Source: Camelus ferus
Taxonomy: Eukaryota
NCBI RefSeq assembly: GCF_009834535.1
Contig: NC_045696.1
Span: 6,636,001 to 6,700,000, forward strand
Direction: 5' to 3'
DNA length: 64,000 nt
Below, in pieces: positions 49,565 to 63,570 of this stretch. The number at the start of each line of letters is the position of its first letter. Position 1 is the first letter of the stretch. The translations under genes were made by a program, and so were the position numbers. Below the pieces are notes generated by a model, which was given only the letters and a program-made list of their open reading frames with translations, was not told the DNA's origin and searched no databases.

Positions 49565-52500
49565 CACTGAAAACATCATGACCCAAATGGGATTTATTCC
49601 AAAGACTAAAAGGATGGTTTAATATTCAAAAATCAATCAATGTGATTCACACATTAAAAGACTCAAAAGAAAAAAAAATGATACTCTCAATATATGCAGA
49701 AAAACATTTGACAAAAGTCAAGATTCATTCATGATAAAATTGTTTAGCAACCTGGGAACCTAGTTTTAACTAGTAAAGGATATCTAAAGAATTAAGTATC
49801 AAAGTGCTTAATAGTAAACATTGAATGCTTCCCCCCCCAGTCGTCAATACGGCAAGGTTATCTTCTTTCACCACTTCTGTTCAACACTACACTGAATTCC
49901 TAGTCCATACAATAGAAAACACACAGATTGGAAAGGAAACTAAAACTCTGTCTCTATTCACAGACAGTATGGTCTGCACAGAAAATACCAAAGAATCTAC
50001 CAGGGGAAAAAAAGGCAGGGTTGTGGATCTAGTAGGTGAATTAATCCAGGTCACAGGATACAAAGGCAACATATAAATGCCAATTTTTATTTAATCGTAT
50101 TAAACCACTGGAATTCACAAAGTTTTTTAAAAATTAGAAATCTATAAAAGTATGTACAGGATCTGTGTACTGAAAACTACAAAGCTATGATTAAAAAAAT
50201 CATAGAAGATCTAAATAAATAGAAAAATATACTGTGGTCAAGATTTAGAAGACAATATTGTTAAGATATAAGTTCTTCTTAATTTGATCTATAAATTTAA
50301 TACAACCCTAATTAAAATCCAAGAAGGATTTTTTGGTAACTATTGAAAATCTGATTGTAAAATATATAGGCAAAAATGAAGAAAATAGAATAGTCAAAAC
50401 AATTTTGGAAAAGAATAGCATAATTGGAGGACTCATAACACTCAGTTTCAAGACTGACTATAAATCTACAGTAATTAAGACACCTTAATACTGACAAAAA
50501 GCCAGACATATAGATCGATGGAACAGAACTGAGAGTCCATAAATAGTCCCCAAAACCAAGCAGCCAACTGATTTTGAATAAGGGCTCAAAAGCATCCAAC
50601 GTAGGAAGGGTATTTTTTTCAGCAAATGGTGCTGGAATTATGGGACAGCCACAAGAGAAAAAAAAATATTGAACTATACCTCATACTTTATACAAAAAAA
50701 AAAAAAAGTATAATGGCCCAAAGTGGATAGTAGACTTATTTAAATTAAAATTTCCAAAAGAAAACTTAGGAGCAAATCTTCATGACCTGTGGTCAGGCAG
50801 AGTTTTTAATTAGAACACCAAACCACAATATATAAAGAAAAACAATAATAAATTGGACTTTATCAAATTTAAAAACTTGTACTCTGAAAACGACACACTT
50901 AAGACACTGAAAAGACAAGCTACAAACTGAAAGAAAATATTTGAAAATTGCATTTCTGATACAGGACTCATGTACAGAATAATGAACCCTCAGAATTCAA
51001 AAATTAAGAAAATAACCAACCTAGTTTTTTTTAAAAAATGAGCAAATGATCCAAACAGGTATGTCACCAATGATGGCATATAAACATTTTAAAAATGATT
51101 AACATCATCAGTCGTTAGGGAAATGTAAGTTACACCGCAATGTAATAACACGACCCACCTCTTAGAATGGCTAAAACCAAAAACCTTGATAACGTCTTAT
51201 GCCAGCAAGAATGCAGAGTGGCTGGAACTCCCACACATTGCTAGTTTGCTGGTGAGAATGCAAAATGGTAAACTGCTTTGGTAAACAGTTGAGCACTTTC
51301 TTACAGTGTTAGATATATACCTACTATATGACTCAGCAATCCTTTCCCTAGTACCCAAGAAAAGGAAAATTTATGTTCGCATAAAGACCTGATTGTGAAT
51401 TTTTATAGATGCTTTATTCATCATTTCCAAAAGCTGGAAATAGCCCATGTGACCTCCAGGAGTGAATGGATAGATGGTGGTGCACCCATACAATGGAATA
51501 CTACTCAGGAATAAATAGGAACAAATTTGCCATTTACACAACAACACAGATGGTTCTTGAATGCATTTTGCCCTGTGAACCAAGTCCAGCCCCAAAGCCG
51601 CACACTGTATAAATTCTATTTACATGACATCATAGCCCAGCTATAAAGAGGCAAAGCAGGTCAGTGGTTGCCAGGGGCTGGGTGATGCTGGTGAGGGCTG
51701 ACTATAAATGGAAATTAGGAGGGAATTTGGGAGGTGGGGAATGAAATTGTTTTCTAAGGAACTGTGACAAATTACTCATTTGTCAAAAGTTCTTAAAACA
51801 CAAAGAGTGAATTTGCTGTCTATAAATTACATTTTAGAAACTAACAAGCATGTTAGGTGGAGGGGAGACTCAAGAGGGAATGCAGACTGTGATAAGTGAA
51901 CCTGGCAGTGTTACAGGTGAATCACGTGATGGTGATTGTGGGGAAGAAAAGAGCTGACCTGCGTGTATCTTTCGGAAATCTGTTTTGGCCGGATACTGAA
52001 AGGCTAAAAACAGAAAGAACAGTACGTGACACTCTCCTTCATTTGATAAATTTGTTTTTCTCCGGGATATGAGTTAGCAATTTTAGACCACTTTATGTAT
52101 GTACCAGGACTGAACAAATAAGAAATATATTGCAGATAATAAAAGTCACGTTTCTCACATTCAGAAAAAAAGGAATTAAAATAAAGAGGTGGGCTAGACT
52201 GAACCGTGTGGTGTTGGGCTGGATTCAGAAGTATCAGTATGGACTTCTGTTTTTATAAATTACATGCATAGATAAGGATGAGCAGAAATACAGGTGTGTG
52301 TGTATATACGGATTAGTACAATACATGTATCTCTGGGTTCTGTCTGTGGAAAGGACCTAGAAGCAATGACATCACAGTAGCAAAGAGCACATCTAGTGCT
52401 CAGATCTTGGATCCTAAGTCTGTTTCACAATAATAGAAACCAGGGCTTATGGAGAAGTGGTTGATTCCATGCTTACAGAGCCAGAAAGTAAGGATGCGCT

Positions 52501-53535
52501 CCAAAGAAATGGTGGAAGCATACAACAGGGGGAGGAGCTTATTGCCTAAAAGAGCTCCCAGTGGCCAACAATGAAACAATTTGAGCAACAAAATAGAGTC
52601 TTGGATTATAACCCAAGGAATAAAATAAATAACACTTGAGTTCATACTGATTAAAAAAAATAACAATAAATAAGTGAAAGAGAAGAAATAACTCTTCCTT
52701 CTTGAGAAATTTCAATTAGTAAACACAGAAAGAATGAGGGAAATAGAAAATCACCATTGGAGCCACACAGTAAAAAATTTAGTCAAGATCCACCCATGGA
52801 TGCTAGTATCAGTGAGCAAAATTTTAAGAAACAGGTTATGTACACAATCTCAAAGCATCTCCCACACACTACCTACTTACTAATTACAAAGGGAAAATGG
52901 TAAGTTCACTGTGGAGAATCCTGGCTGACACCCCCCTAGCCTAGTAGTCAAGGTTAATATCACTAGTAGTAAGACAGACATACATCATGTACCCCTGACA
53001 CGGTGCAGTAAGAAGGACCAGTTACCTCAGTGGTGTTCATCCCCAAAATGCACAAGCTCAATCTAATCATGAGGAAACATTGAACAAACCCAGTTGGAGG
53101 GACATTCTGCAAAACAGCTGACCAGTACTCTTCAAAAGTGTCGAGGTCTTGGAAGACAAGGAAAGGTCACCAATTGGAAGAGACCAAGGACACATGACAA
53201 ATAAATGCAAGATGACATCCTGGACTGGATCTGGAACAGAAAAAGGACATTGGCGGAAAAACTGGTGAAACCTAAGTCTTCAGCTTAGTTAACAATATTG
53301 AACAAATTTTAATTTCATAGTTGTGATCATTGTATTGTGGTTTGCTGGATGTTAAATTAGGAGCTATTATCCAGTACCTCCAAGGAAAAAAAAAAAGTAG
53401 ATAACTAAACCTAATTACCCCTCCAAAAAAATAAACAAACAAAAAATTAGGAGCTATTAAATGAAGGGGATGCAAGAACACCTTACTATCTTTGCTATTA
53501 TTCTGCACGTCTGAAACTATCTCAAAATTAAAAGT
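49565..53535 (+). mobile_element. About 4-kb L1MC/L1MD-like LINE (decayed ORF2 and long 3' UTR)
   Basis: RT-region DNA gggatttattcc...ggatggtttaatattcaaaaatcaatcaatgtg...gcagaaaaacatttgacaaaa; 3' UTR motifs tctaatcatgaggaaaca and gggacattctgcaaaa; many stops and frameshifts. Confidence 0.9.
53370..53443 (+). mobile_element. 5'-truncated camelid SINE (tail only)
   Basis: ccagtacctcc, an A-run, then aaacctaattacccc; perfect 16-bp TSD aaattaggagctatta at 53354-53369 and 53444-53459. Confidence 0.85.
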
Positions 53536-55999
53536 TTTTTTAAGGATATAGGTTAATTTTCACTATAAATGTCCTAATTCTTTCATGCTATTGATCTTCT
53601 GGTGAGGTGCCTTCTCTCCCCAGAGGCCACATTGATTTTCCCCTGCCAGCCTGTAGAGACAGATTAATGCAATGGGCAAATGCATCCTTCCCTTTTTGAG
53701 ATTCTGTTAATTCACCAGCTCAGCTCCAACACAGTTCATCTTCATCGTTGCGTAAAAAACTACGCAAAAACGTGCTGTCAGTTCCCTGGCTCCTATTGAT
53801 AGTCCTCGTGTTTCGAACAATGGAACTGGTGATCCAACAGACGTATGTCTCACAAAATCAGACATGTCGTTCAGGAGTCATTTAATTAAGACTTTCAGGC
53901 AGAATTATAGTTCTGCCTGATGGGAAGGAGTGCATGAAGAAGGTTCAAAACCTAATTTCAGAGGGATCAAGACAAATCCCAGTCACTTTCATGATTGCTG
54001 AGTGTCAAAGTGCTCATGACCACGGCCCCCGCAAACAGTCTCCTTCCCCAGCTGGTTTGAGGCAGGCACCAGACAGCAAAGACTGCTGGGTGGTGTGGGT
54101 GTCGATGGGGAGGAGGTAAGGAAAGGAGGGTGGAGCTATTCCCTGAGCCCAGAACCAGGGCTCTGCACCTTCCCACAGTCCCATACAGCCCGAGGCACTT
54201 TGTGTTATAAAGAACTCCTGTAGACTTCCCCAAAGTCTTAGAAATTGCCCAAGTGGAGAGGTGTAGATGTGTGTGTTGGAGGTGGGGGTGCGGGACATCG
54301 CTGACAATGCACAGATGTTGACTGGCAGAGAACAAGCCATATTATTAATTGATCTGCCAAGTCCTTCTGGTCTCCCCAAAGAACAGAAATAGTAAATGGC
54401 ACTGTGAGGTGGTACAACATGCTCCAGCCAGATTTTCCAGGGTTTGTCATCTGCGTTATTGAGCAGCCTCCTCTTAAGGAGAGAAGAGGCGTTGAGGGAA
54501 GTTTAGTTTCTGCCCAGGACATGCTGTGGGTCTGGTCTGTCATCATCTTTTAACTCTGTCTGGCAGAGCAGAACTATTTGAACATTAGAACATGAGGGTA
54601 AATGAGAAGATAGAGAAACTAAAATCTATCAATAATAAAGTTTACAAATTAAGGAAGAAGGATCCAAGGTTTGATTTCCTCATTAGCATCCAGCTCAGAA
54701 TCTATAACAAATCAAGAGGAGTTGAACATTTGATGAGGAAAGCCCCTCCTTATTCAAGCACGCACAGAGATAGTCTAGCTGGCTCTCTCCCTCCTGGCAG
54801 CAGAGCTGGGCTGTGCTTGCAGCAGGTGCCCTGTAATTTTATATTAATGTCCATTTTTTTCTAATTGTATGTATTTGCATATATGCTAATACTTTGAGTT
54901 CTGCCCGTTTTTGTTCAGGACATGTGGGGAGTGCTCCCTGCCAGGCCAACCCACAAAACAGCCCTCTAAAACTTGCCGTGTCCCCACTCTGGGCATTAGC
55001 GATACGTCTGACTCAGCAGCAGGAACTGCAAAAAGCTGAACATGTGACAGAAGATGCCACTTGCGCTAGTGAAACATCTTACAATAAAGAGAACTCAAAA
55101 GAGTCTGTAGACCTCTCCAGATAAAGTAAGTCCACGATGGCAGTTTTGAATTCATTGGAATTCAGTACATTATTCTTACCAGTAAAAGATGAACTAGAAA
55201 CATGCAAATTAAAATATGCATTTATCTTCATTTTTTATTTCACCCTGGAACATATCCACCCAGCACACAGGACAAAAGGTGAGGATGATAGCATCATGGC
55301 TCTAAGTAAGGAAATATATACTTTGCCATCTCGAGGTCTAAGAGGTCCTGCCCAAGGACTTATATAATCTCTGAAAACTCGGTGCATCTTCTTTTCTGTC
55401 TTAGTACTGACTTAGTTCTTAGTATTATGATTTAACAAAAAAACAGGAAAAAAAAAAACCTGTCAGGGCAACTGACCTAGGCCGTTTAGTCAAGTAAAGG
55501 CACTTTATTTTGAGCCAACTCAATTGCAAATACAGTGAAACAAATAAGGGGTGAAACATATCTCTTAATTTAACAGAAAAAAAAAACTATTTTCAAATGT
55601 CTTATTTGGCTTCATATGGCTACATGAAAATACTTCCTTAAAAAAGCACTCCTAATGCAGGTAATAGAAGCCAGTATGTTCACTTACCTACCTCCTTCCT
55701 TTGGTCATTAAATAAGCAAAAGCAAAGCTAAAAGTTCTGCTGTTTAAAGCCTTTAAATATCCAGCAGGATGTTGCAGCTTCTGGAAATTACATAAGAACA
55801 TGTGCACACATGCAAAATAAAATGGAAAGGTAGGGCCACAATCTCAATCATTCAAGTGGACTGAATAGTCCTTTCCTGAAGTCAGCAGTTCCTCAAATCA
55901 TCATGCTAGTGTTGGTGTCCTAACTTCCAGGGCTTTGTGTATCCAGGATCCCTGTGTGTGCAGCTGCAAGCAGCCCAGGATGCATGAGGCATTAAAAGC

Positions 56000-56215
56000 A
56001 CAGTGCTTCAGAATGCAGGGCCTAGAGACAGTCTAGATGAAACAGAACCCTGAGTCTACTACTTCCTGGCTGTGAGCAAATCATAAACACGTGGGACTCC
56101 ACTGCCTTATCTTTCAGATAAGTTTAGTGAGAGAACACCTACCAAAGGATTGTTCTGAGCATTAGTGCAGAACAGCGCCTGGCACTGAGGAAGCACACAG
56201 TGACCACTAGCTGTT
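56000..56215 (+). mobile_element. Degenerate MIR SINE
   Basis: tctactacttcctggctgtgagc...aggattgttctgagcatt...agaacagcgcctggcac. Confidence 0.65.
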
Positions 56216-57112
56216 ACCATTAAACAATCATTTAGTGCAGCCCCTTGGGATCAGGCGGGTGGGATATGGAGAACTTCATTTCAAAACTGGCCTTGCTGAG
56301 GGCCACAGTGCTAGGGGCCCTGGAAATAGGCAGTCTCCCCTGAAGGCACACAGCCATGCACCATGCACGCTGGCTCACCTGCCTCTGGGCAGCTGCTGCA
56401 GAGAAGCCGCTTCGGAACCAATCAGTTGGTAGAGAACGGTGCATTACAGGTCCATACAGCATTATACATATACAATGATCAGAGTCATCATTGTAGCTCA
56501 AATGCTATACAGATTTGCAGCATTCTTCTTTTTCCATAATCGTTAAAATATCCTTATGAGCTGGGGAGAGATACAAGGAGACTAGCTTTAAACTTGCCAG
56601 TCAAGTGCCTAGTGTTTTCCCCTTTCTCTAGGTAAAGATTCAATTTTTCAGATTTACACCCTGTGCTACCACCACCCCTTGGTTTGATTCAGTGCCTGGA
56701 ATAAAGCTTACAAAGTACACTGGTCCCACCCTCTCCTTGGTACTTGTGCCGCGACAGACTGAGCTAGTCAGTGACCTTTGTCATTTGTGCTGTTTGCCAA
56801 GTCTGAGTCTTTTGCCTCATTATCTGATCCCCAGCCTCTGCTGGTCCAAAGCCTTCTGTCCTCACATGCTGGACAAATCAAGGTATCAGGAGTAAAGATG
56901 CTGTGTGTGTCCAGGTCAGTGGTGGGGCAATGAGGACTTGGGAAACAGGAAATGAGATGGTAAAGTGTGCCAGGGATGCGGAGGTGGGGGGCTCACAAGC
57001 TGTTGGCAGCCCTGGAAAGCCAGGCAGAGACACTGAGATCCAGAACAATGGGCAGAACAGAGTCCACACCAATAGATGCACGTGCAGGGGCGGGAAGTTC
57101 ATGGCTCAGTAA

Positions 57113-58044
57113 TGCTGAAACTTAGCCTCCTCGGCCCTTTACCGAATTGACACTCGAGGGCAGAGTTTTGGATGAAGCAGAAAAGGCAGCTTTATTTCTC
57201 TACCAGGCAAAGGAGGTCACAGTGGGCTAATGCCTCTAAGACTGTGAGCCTGCTGGGGAGAGAAGGCAGGGGTCTTACAGTAAAAGTTTAAGAGTTCAAG
57301 GAGAGGTGCTGGTTTCCATAGAGATCACATGTAGGGTAACAAATTGTTGCAAAGTTGATCTTGTTTTTGCAGATGCAGTGGTCTTCCTTCTGCTGAATAT
57401 GAAGTTCACCTCCGGCTTTGGGGCTCTTCTAATATTCTTGTGCCTAGAACAAAGGTTTTTTAGGGAGGGGGGTCCTTGGAATAGTGCTCTAGAGAAAAAT
57501 TTGTGCAGTTATAAAGTCAGGTTGACATATGCTTCTAGCATTTTAAGAAGGCTAGGCCTGGGACCTCTTGCTTCAGTGTTTGCACAGGGTGGTACCTGCA
57601 CCTCAAACAACAGAATACAAAGAAACCACACGAGACTAAAAACAACTGCAGGTATTTGTAGTGGAGGTGAGTTATGAACAGCAAGATGCAAAAAAAAAAA
57701 ACCCAGAAAACAAACCCCCAGCCAACTGCCATTTCTGAGGTGTCAGGAGCAAAGGCGAGGCACTGCGCACGGTCCCCACGTGCAGTGCCCCCAGGGGGCT
57801 GGACAGGCTGCCCAAGCCCTTCGCCTCTTCTCCAGTCCAAACATGAGAAAGGCCGTTTAAACTATTACTGTATGCTCACTGATGACATTATTTCCCACTG
57901 TTAATTCATTCCTCCCATTTGGTGGTGGTTTTAGCATCTGAAAAATGCATGAGATACTATTATCCGGGTACTTCAGAGCTACAGCAGAGGATACGGAGGA
58001 GGGGTCTGCCCCAGGAAGGCTCCGTAAGGTCTTGCTTAGTTACA
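57113..58044 (-). mobile_element. Long ERV1-class LTR (~930 bp)
   Basis: Reverse complement starts tgtaactaagcaagaccttacggagcc, homologous to the LTR at 27066; minus-strand AATAAA near 57191; TG...CA termini. Confidence 0.75.
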
Positions 58045-59299
58045 TGAGGAAGGGTCTTCTAGCACAGAGCTTCCCAGCAGTGCTCAGAGTGACTTCCAGA
58101 GTCTAGTTGGGAGGCAGGGCCCACACCCTGAGGGGGAAGGCACTGGGTAGGCAGGACTCTGGGCTACTGTCCTCACTTCAGCCAGACTGCTCTGCTGCCC
58201 TCATCATGATGTGAGAACCAAATGAAGGCTCCGTAGTGTGTGCTGCCTGGACATCTGGTCAACCTGGGAGAGCCCTGAGTGACCGATCCTGGTCCCCTCC
58301 CCACTTTGCTGTTGAAGATAAGGTCTTCTAGCCAAGCAACCCTCCTGATAAAGGGGACCAGGCCCATGTCTTGCTTATCCCTGAGTAGAGGATTTCAGTT
58401 CCTGCCAGCCTGCAAAATACCTTACTCAGTTGGCTTAGATATTTCGAGTGGTGGTCCACAAACTACTTTGACCACTCAACATGCATGCTTTCAGCACAAT
58501 CACTACTCTGTGGAGTTTTACTGAGCCATAAATTGCATGTATATTATTTTACTAATATTTTGTACACACTATAATATGCAGACATTTTAAAGAGAATGAG
58601 ATAAATTTACTGCCATAAAAATTCTAGTATTTTCTTTCTCCTTATGGACCCCTAAAAGCCTTGCATGGAATAACAGTCCGGTATTTCAGGAAAAATATGC
58701 ATCTAGGATTCTAAGCTATCACGACTATGATGTCAGCCCAGTGATGACTATCTCTAGTTTCAAGTTCATCTGAGAAGACAAATGATTTGATTTACAAAGA
58801 TCCTATTACCACTGCCAGGATGACACCTCAAAGAGCCGAGCCCTTTGATACAGGCTTGCTGGTCACTTCTCAGGCGCTTGACAATAAAATGACTAAAAGA
58901 AGCTCAAGTTCTGAGGCAGTAAGGGAGGCAAGTTTGGTAGTTGCTGTTGTCCGTTAACGTTCTTTCCCAAAGGCATCATTTTGCTCAGTATTCTAGACTT
59001 TCTTCTTACAGATGTCATAAACGTATTCGGTACAATCATAAAAATATCATTGGGATCAAAGTGACTCAGTGTCCTCTCTCCTCATATCTAAATTTTTGGA
59101 TTATGACTCCCAAATTGTTATTAAGGCAATACTAATGTAGAAAGGCCAGGCTAGTATGCTGCCTGGAATTTTTATTCTTCCTCACACTCCCCACCAACAA
59201 ATCTATAGACTTACCGTCATTTCCACCCATCTTCCCTGTTTCTCTATTACTGTGAGCAAAACTGGTAAATTCCTCTGCTTGTGCACTGGGTCCCATCTC

Positions 59300-61112
59300 T
59301 TATTCCCTTCTCAGATAGTCCACTCATCACTTATTCCTGCCTCATCGTTGCTCTCTGTATCTCTATCTTTCTCTCCCACCTGGATACATTTATCCCTCCC
59401 TACTAGATTATTCATGTCATATACAAACTCGATCCATCTTTAAAAGGCACCTCTTGACTCCTTACTCAGCTCCAGCAAAAACCTCTCCATTCTTTGTTCC
59501 TGTTTCCTGTGAAACAAGTTGTAAGACTCACTGTCTGAATTTAATCACCTAACCTTCCATCACCCCTTCACCCTGGTTCCATCTGCTCTCCATTCTTACC
59601 ACTCTACTCATATGATCTTGCCCAAGACTATGACCCACCCCCATGGCCAAATTCAGTGCCTCTTCTGTGTTACTGTCCCACCAGATGCCTCGGCAGCATT
59701 GGGCACAGCTCCTTCCTCCTTTACCGTACACACCTCTCACTTGACTTTCTGACGCTGCACTCTGTTGCTCTTCTCCCCGTGCTCTGGGGCTCCTTTTCTG
59801 TCACCTTTGCTGTCCCCTGCTCCTTCTCTACACAACCTCCGCAGATTGTAGTGTCTGTGAATTGGACTTTAGTCTTGCTTCTCCATCTACCCTCCCTTCT
59901 TAGGTCTGATCATTTAGTCTCACATTTGTGAATATCACCTGTGTTCTTTCTAGTCCAACATTATCATTAGTTCAGACTTCTCGTCTGAACCCCAGACTTA
60001 TATAATCAAGTTCCTGTTTGGTACCTCCATTTAAATAGGCATTTCAGACTTAACTAAAATATCAATGACCACAGCACCAGCCTGGTTTCCACCCTCCAGA
60101 GTCTGTTCCTCCCTGAGTTTTCTGCACCTCATCATATGACATCACTGCCCACTGGCTGGCCAAGCTGGAAACCTAGGTAGCCACTCTGAGGACCTCCTCC
60201 CTTCCTTATCCAATCAACCACCAAGTTCTCCATGTTGCTCTCCTATTGCTGCTCTAACAAATTACTACAAACTAGTGGCTTAAACAACACAAATCTATTA
60301 CCTTACAGTTTTGTAGGCCATGAGTCTGACGTGAGTCTCCCTGGGCTAAAATCAAGGTGTCAGCAGGGCTGTGGTCCTTTTCGGAAGCTTTGTTCTGCTT
60401 ACCACATCCCACTTGCTCTGTACCCAACACGCATCTCCGATCAGTTCACATTTCTCTCTCCACTCCCACTACCCCCAGCCTCTCCACCATCCTCTATCAT
60501 TGGGCTGATTTGACGGCCTCCTCCTGGCCTTTTTGCTTCCTACCCAGTAGGCAATATGATATTCTAAAATCTTAGACACATGCTCTTCAGTCTCCAGCTT
60601 AACATTTCACCACCTTCCCTTTATTGTTGAGATCAAAATTCAAATGCAAAAAGGTCTTCATGCTCTGGCGCCGCCTGCCTCTCTAGTGTTCTTTCCCACC
60701 ATTCAGCTCTTTGCTCACTGCACTGTAGTCATTCTTGTTCTTGGAAGATTCTTTACCTTTCTTCAGCTCCTTAAATGCTTGGATCTCATCCTAAAGGCAA
60801 CAGGCAAAATGTTATCTCCGTAGATCTGCCTTCCCTGACCAACTGGTCTAAATCAGACCCCTCACCCCAGGCCAATTACGATTACATTACTCTATTTCCT
60901 GCATGGCAGTGATCACAATTTGTATTTATTTCATCTTTTTGCCTATATATTTACATTACTTGTTTATTGTTTCTCTCTCCCCAAGTTGAGCAAAACACAG
61001 GGCCAGTATTTTATCCGCAGCACCATCCAGTCTCTGCCATGACTAGGGCAGTACCTCATATCCAGAAAGGCATGTGATGATTATTTGTTGACTGAATGAA
61101 GGAACCAATGAA
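59300..61112 (+). mobile_element. L2 LINE segments
   Basis: ggcagcattgggcacagct (RT region), caagctggaaacctagg and terminal atttgttgactgaatgaa. Confidence 0.75.
60236..60390 (-). mobile_element. MLT1D-like MaLR LTR fragment
   Basis: tcctattgctgctctaacaaattactacaaactagtggcttaaacaacacaaat...gggctaaaatcaaggtgtcagcagggctg. Confidence 0.8.
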
Positions 61113-61823
61113 TTAAGACCGTTCACTGAAACCAGAGTGTGAGTCACAACTGTGTACTCAGTAGAATAAAACCCTCACTAGGGGGTTTATGCATTCCATC
61201 ATTTTGTGAGTGTAAGCAAGGGAAAACAAATCTGCTAGTAACTATGAGTATTGCTCAGATCCTGGAAAGCAGAAAACCAAACCAAATGAGAGAAAAACTA
61301 TTGCTTCTGCCTTCAGAACTAAGAGCACCTAAATGCTTTGCTTTGAGGTAAGTAGAGGTGAGGTAGAGAACAAATTACTTGCCTCTGAGCTGGTATTTTA
61401 ATCAACTATGAAGATCTATAAGGACTATTTTCAAACTGATAGATGGATCCTGTTCACCAATGGACCCAAAACAGACGGTAATTGCCATGAGCTCCTGCTT
61501 CCCCATGCTTAGTATACAAGGCCATGTGCCTGTGACTATGTGCAATCTTTTTTTTTATTGGCTTTTATAGTTTTCGTCTTCACCTAGAGACAACTTGTTC
61601 ATTTTTTGCTTCAGAGAAAAAAAATAATAAAATCTCTGTTTTACTCAAACAGTTAAGGTCTATATTGCTTGGTTATTTGGCTTCTATCACCACACACATC
61701 TTTTCTGAGACAACATTATGGCCCAGACAGTTTTCATCTAAAATCTATTTCTACATTCTGTGCTCCTATCCTGGCAAACGTTTCAGAAGGTGCAGCTTGA
61801 TCTGCCTTGCTACAGATCCAAAG

Positions 61824-62043
61824 TAATGGTTTTCCACTAGGGGCAGTTTGACCCCCCAGGGGACACTGGGTACTGCCTGGATAAATTGTTGGTTGTCATA
61901 ACTTGGGAGAGGGATGGTGAAACTGACACCTGACGGATAAAGGCTGGGGATGCTGCTAAGCCTGCTGCAAAGCACAGGACATCCTTCACGGTAAAGACAT
62001 ATCTGGTCCAAAGTGTCAGTGGTGCTGAGGTTGAGAGATCGTG
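61824..62043 (+). mobile_element. MER20 hAT-Charlie MITE
   Basis: ccccaggggacactggg...ttggttgtcataact...ggggatgctgctaa...gcacaggaca...gtgtcagtggtgctgaggttgaga. Confidence 0.85.
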
Positions 62044-62259
62044 TGCTAGAAGGAGAAAGAGTGCATCCCAGTCAGGCACTCAGTTACATCCTAGCAACAT
62101 AGCAGAGCTGAGGGGCAGGATATACCACAGCAGAAAAGGCATACCGGGCCACTCAGAGATGGGACCCGGAGTTTTACTTCTCTTTACTACAACTGATCTA
62201 AAGATTGGCAGCCTAGCCTGAATCTCTCATAACAGCTTGCTTACTGTTTTTCCAAAGCA

Positions 62260-63570
62260 ATGTATAGTGCAATTGAAACCCCCTTGACCTTTTCTGTGGC
62301 ACTTGTGGCTTCTCACTGCTCCTTCCTCCCTGAAGCCCTGCTCCCCTTGGTCTCAGGATGCACAGTGTCCCCCTTGACCACTCCCTCCCCATTTCTTTCA
62401 TGACCTAGGCTCCTCCCGCCCACCCACAAATGGTGACTGCTCTCCATTCCACATTGTCTCCCTAGACAATCTCATTCACTCTGTACTTTTGCCTCCACCT
62501 GTGTGCTGGCAACTTCCAGAAGTGCTTATCTAGGCCAGAACCCATGCTGGGCTCCTGACTTCAATGTCCAGTTACTTCCTGGTCATTTATGTGAATGTAC
62601 TTCAAGCATCTCAAATTCAATGCCTCTAACATTGAGTTACTATTCTGATCTCTACCCACAGTCTTGCTGTTTCTCCTCTATGTTATAAATTCTCACTATC
62701 TGCCTGAGACCCAGCCTTGGTGATCAGTCTGGCCTCTTCCCCTTCTTGCACAACTATTCCACCTCAATTTAAATCGGGGTCAAGTCTGGTCAAACTTTTC
62801 CCATAAACGTCTCTCCCATCCCTCCCCTCCTCTCTCATCCTCATCGCCATTGCCTTCACTCAAGTCCTCACCATTTGCCCAGCAATCACTGGAGCTACTT
62901 CTCAGTGGGTCTTTAGGATCCTAGTTTTTCCTTTTCTCATCAGAGCTTCCGCTCATTTATCAATGTGATTTTCCTAAAACAAAAATCTGATTATTTCAAT
63001 CCATCATTTCAATATGTTAATGGCTCCTGTGTACATGGTGGATCAATTCCAAATGCCTATCCTGGCCCACAGGTCCTGCCAAGGTCTGACCAGACCTGAC
63101 TTTCCAGCCTTCATCCTCTTGGCATCTCTTCTCACACCAGTATTTGGGTCATACTTAGCTTCTTGCATTTATCAACCTGCCCTGTCTGTATCTCATCTTG
63201 TGAACCTTTCCTACGGTGTGAGCTCTCTCCAGAATTATCATGAATTATCACACATACACGTATGCACGTGCATTTGTGTGCATGCACACGTGCACACACA
63301 CATACACACACTTCCTTCCTGGATGCTCCCCCACTTTCCACTTGAAAAACTGAGCAGCCTCACCTTTGGGCTTCACGGATCTCATAGATAAGTCTGTCTT
63401 GGTGTCTATGGTTTAACTGCTCTTACTTGTATACCTTTATGTCTTCATTTAGACTGTATCCTTTTTGCTTGTATAAGGCCATGTTGTGAACCTGTATGTC
63501 TAGCAAATACCACAGCAGCAGGAAAAGAACTGGCACAATCATTGTGTGTTGAGTTAGTTCATTGAATAAA
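62260..63570 (+). mobile_element. L2 LINE segments
   Basis: ccctagacaatctcattcact, aagcatctcaaattcaa, ttcctaaaacaaaaatctgat and ttagactgt. Confidence 0.7.

Noticed and set aside
49565..51600. Possible intact reverse transcriptase gene
   Set aside because: L1 ORF2 remnant broken by many stops and frameshifts; not a functional CDS
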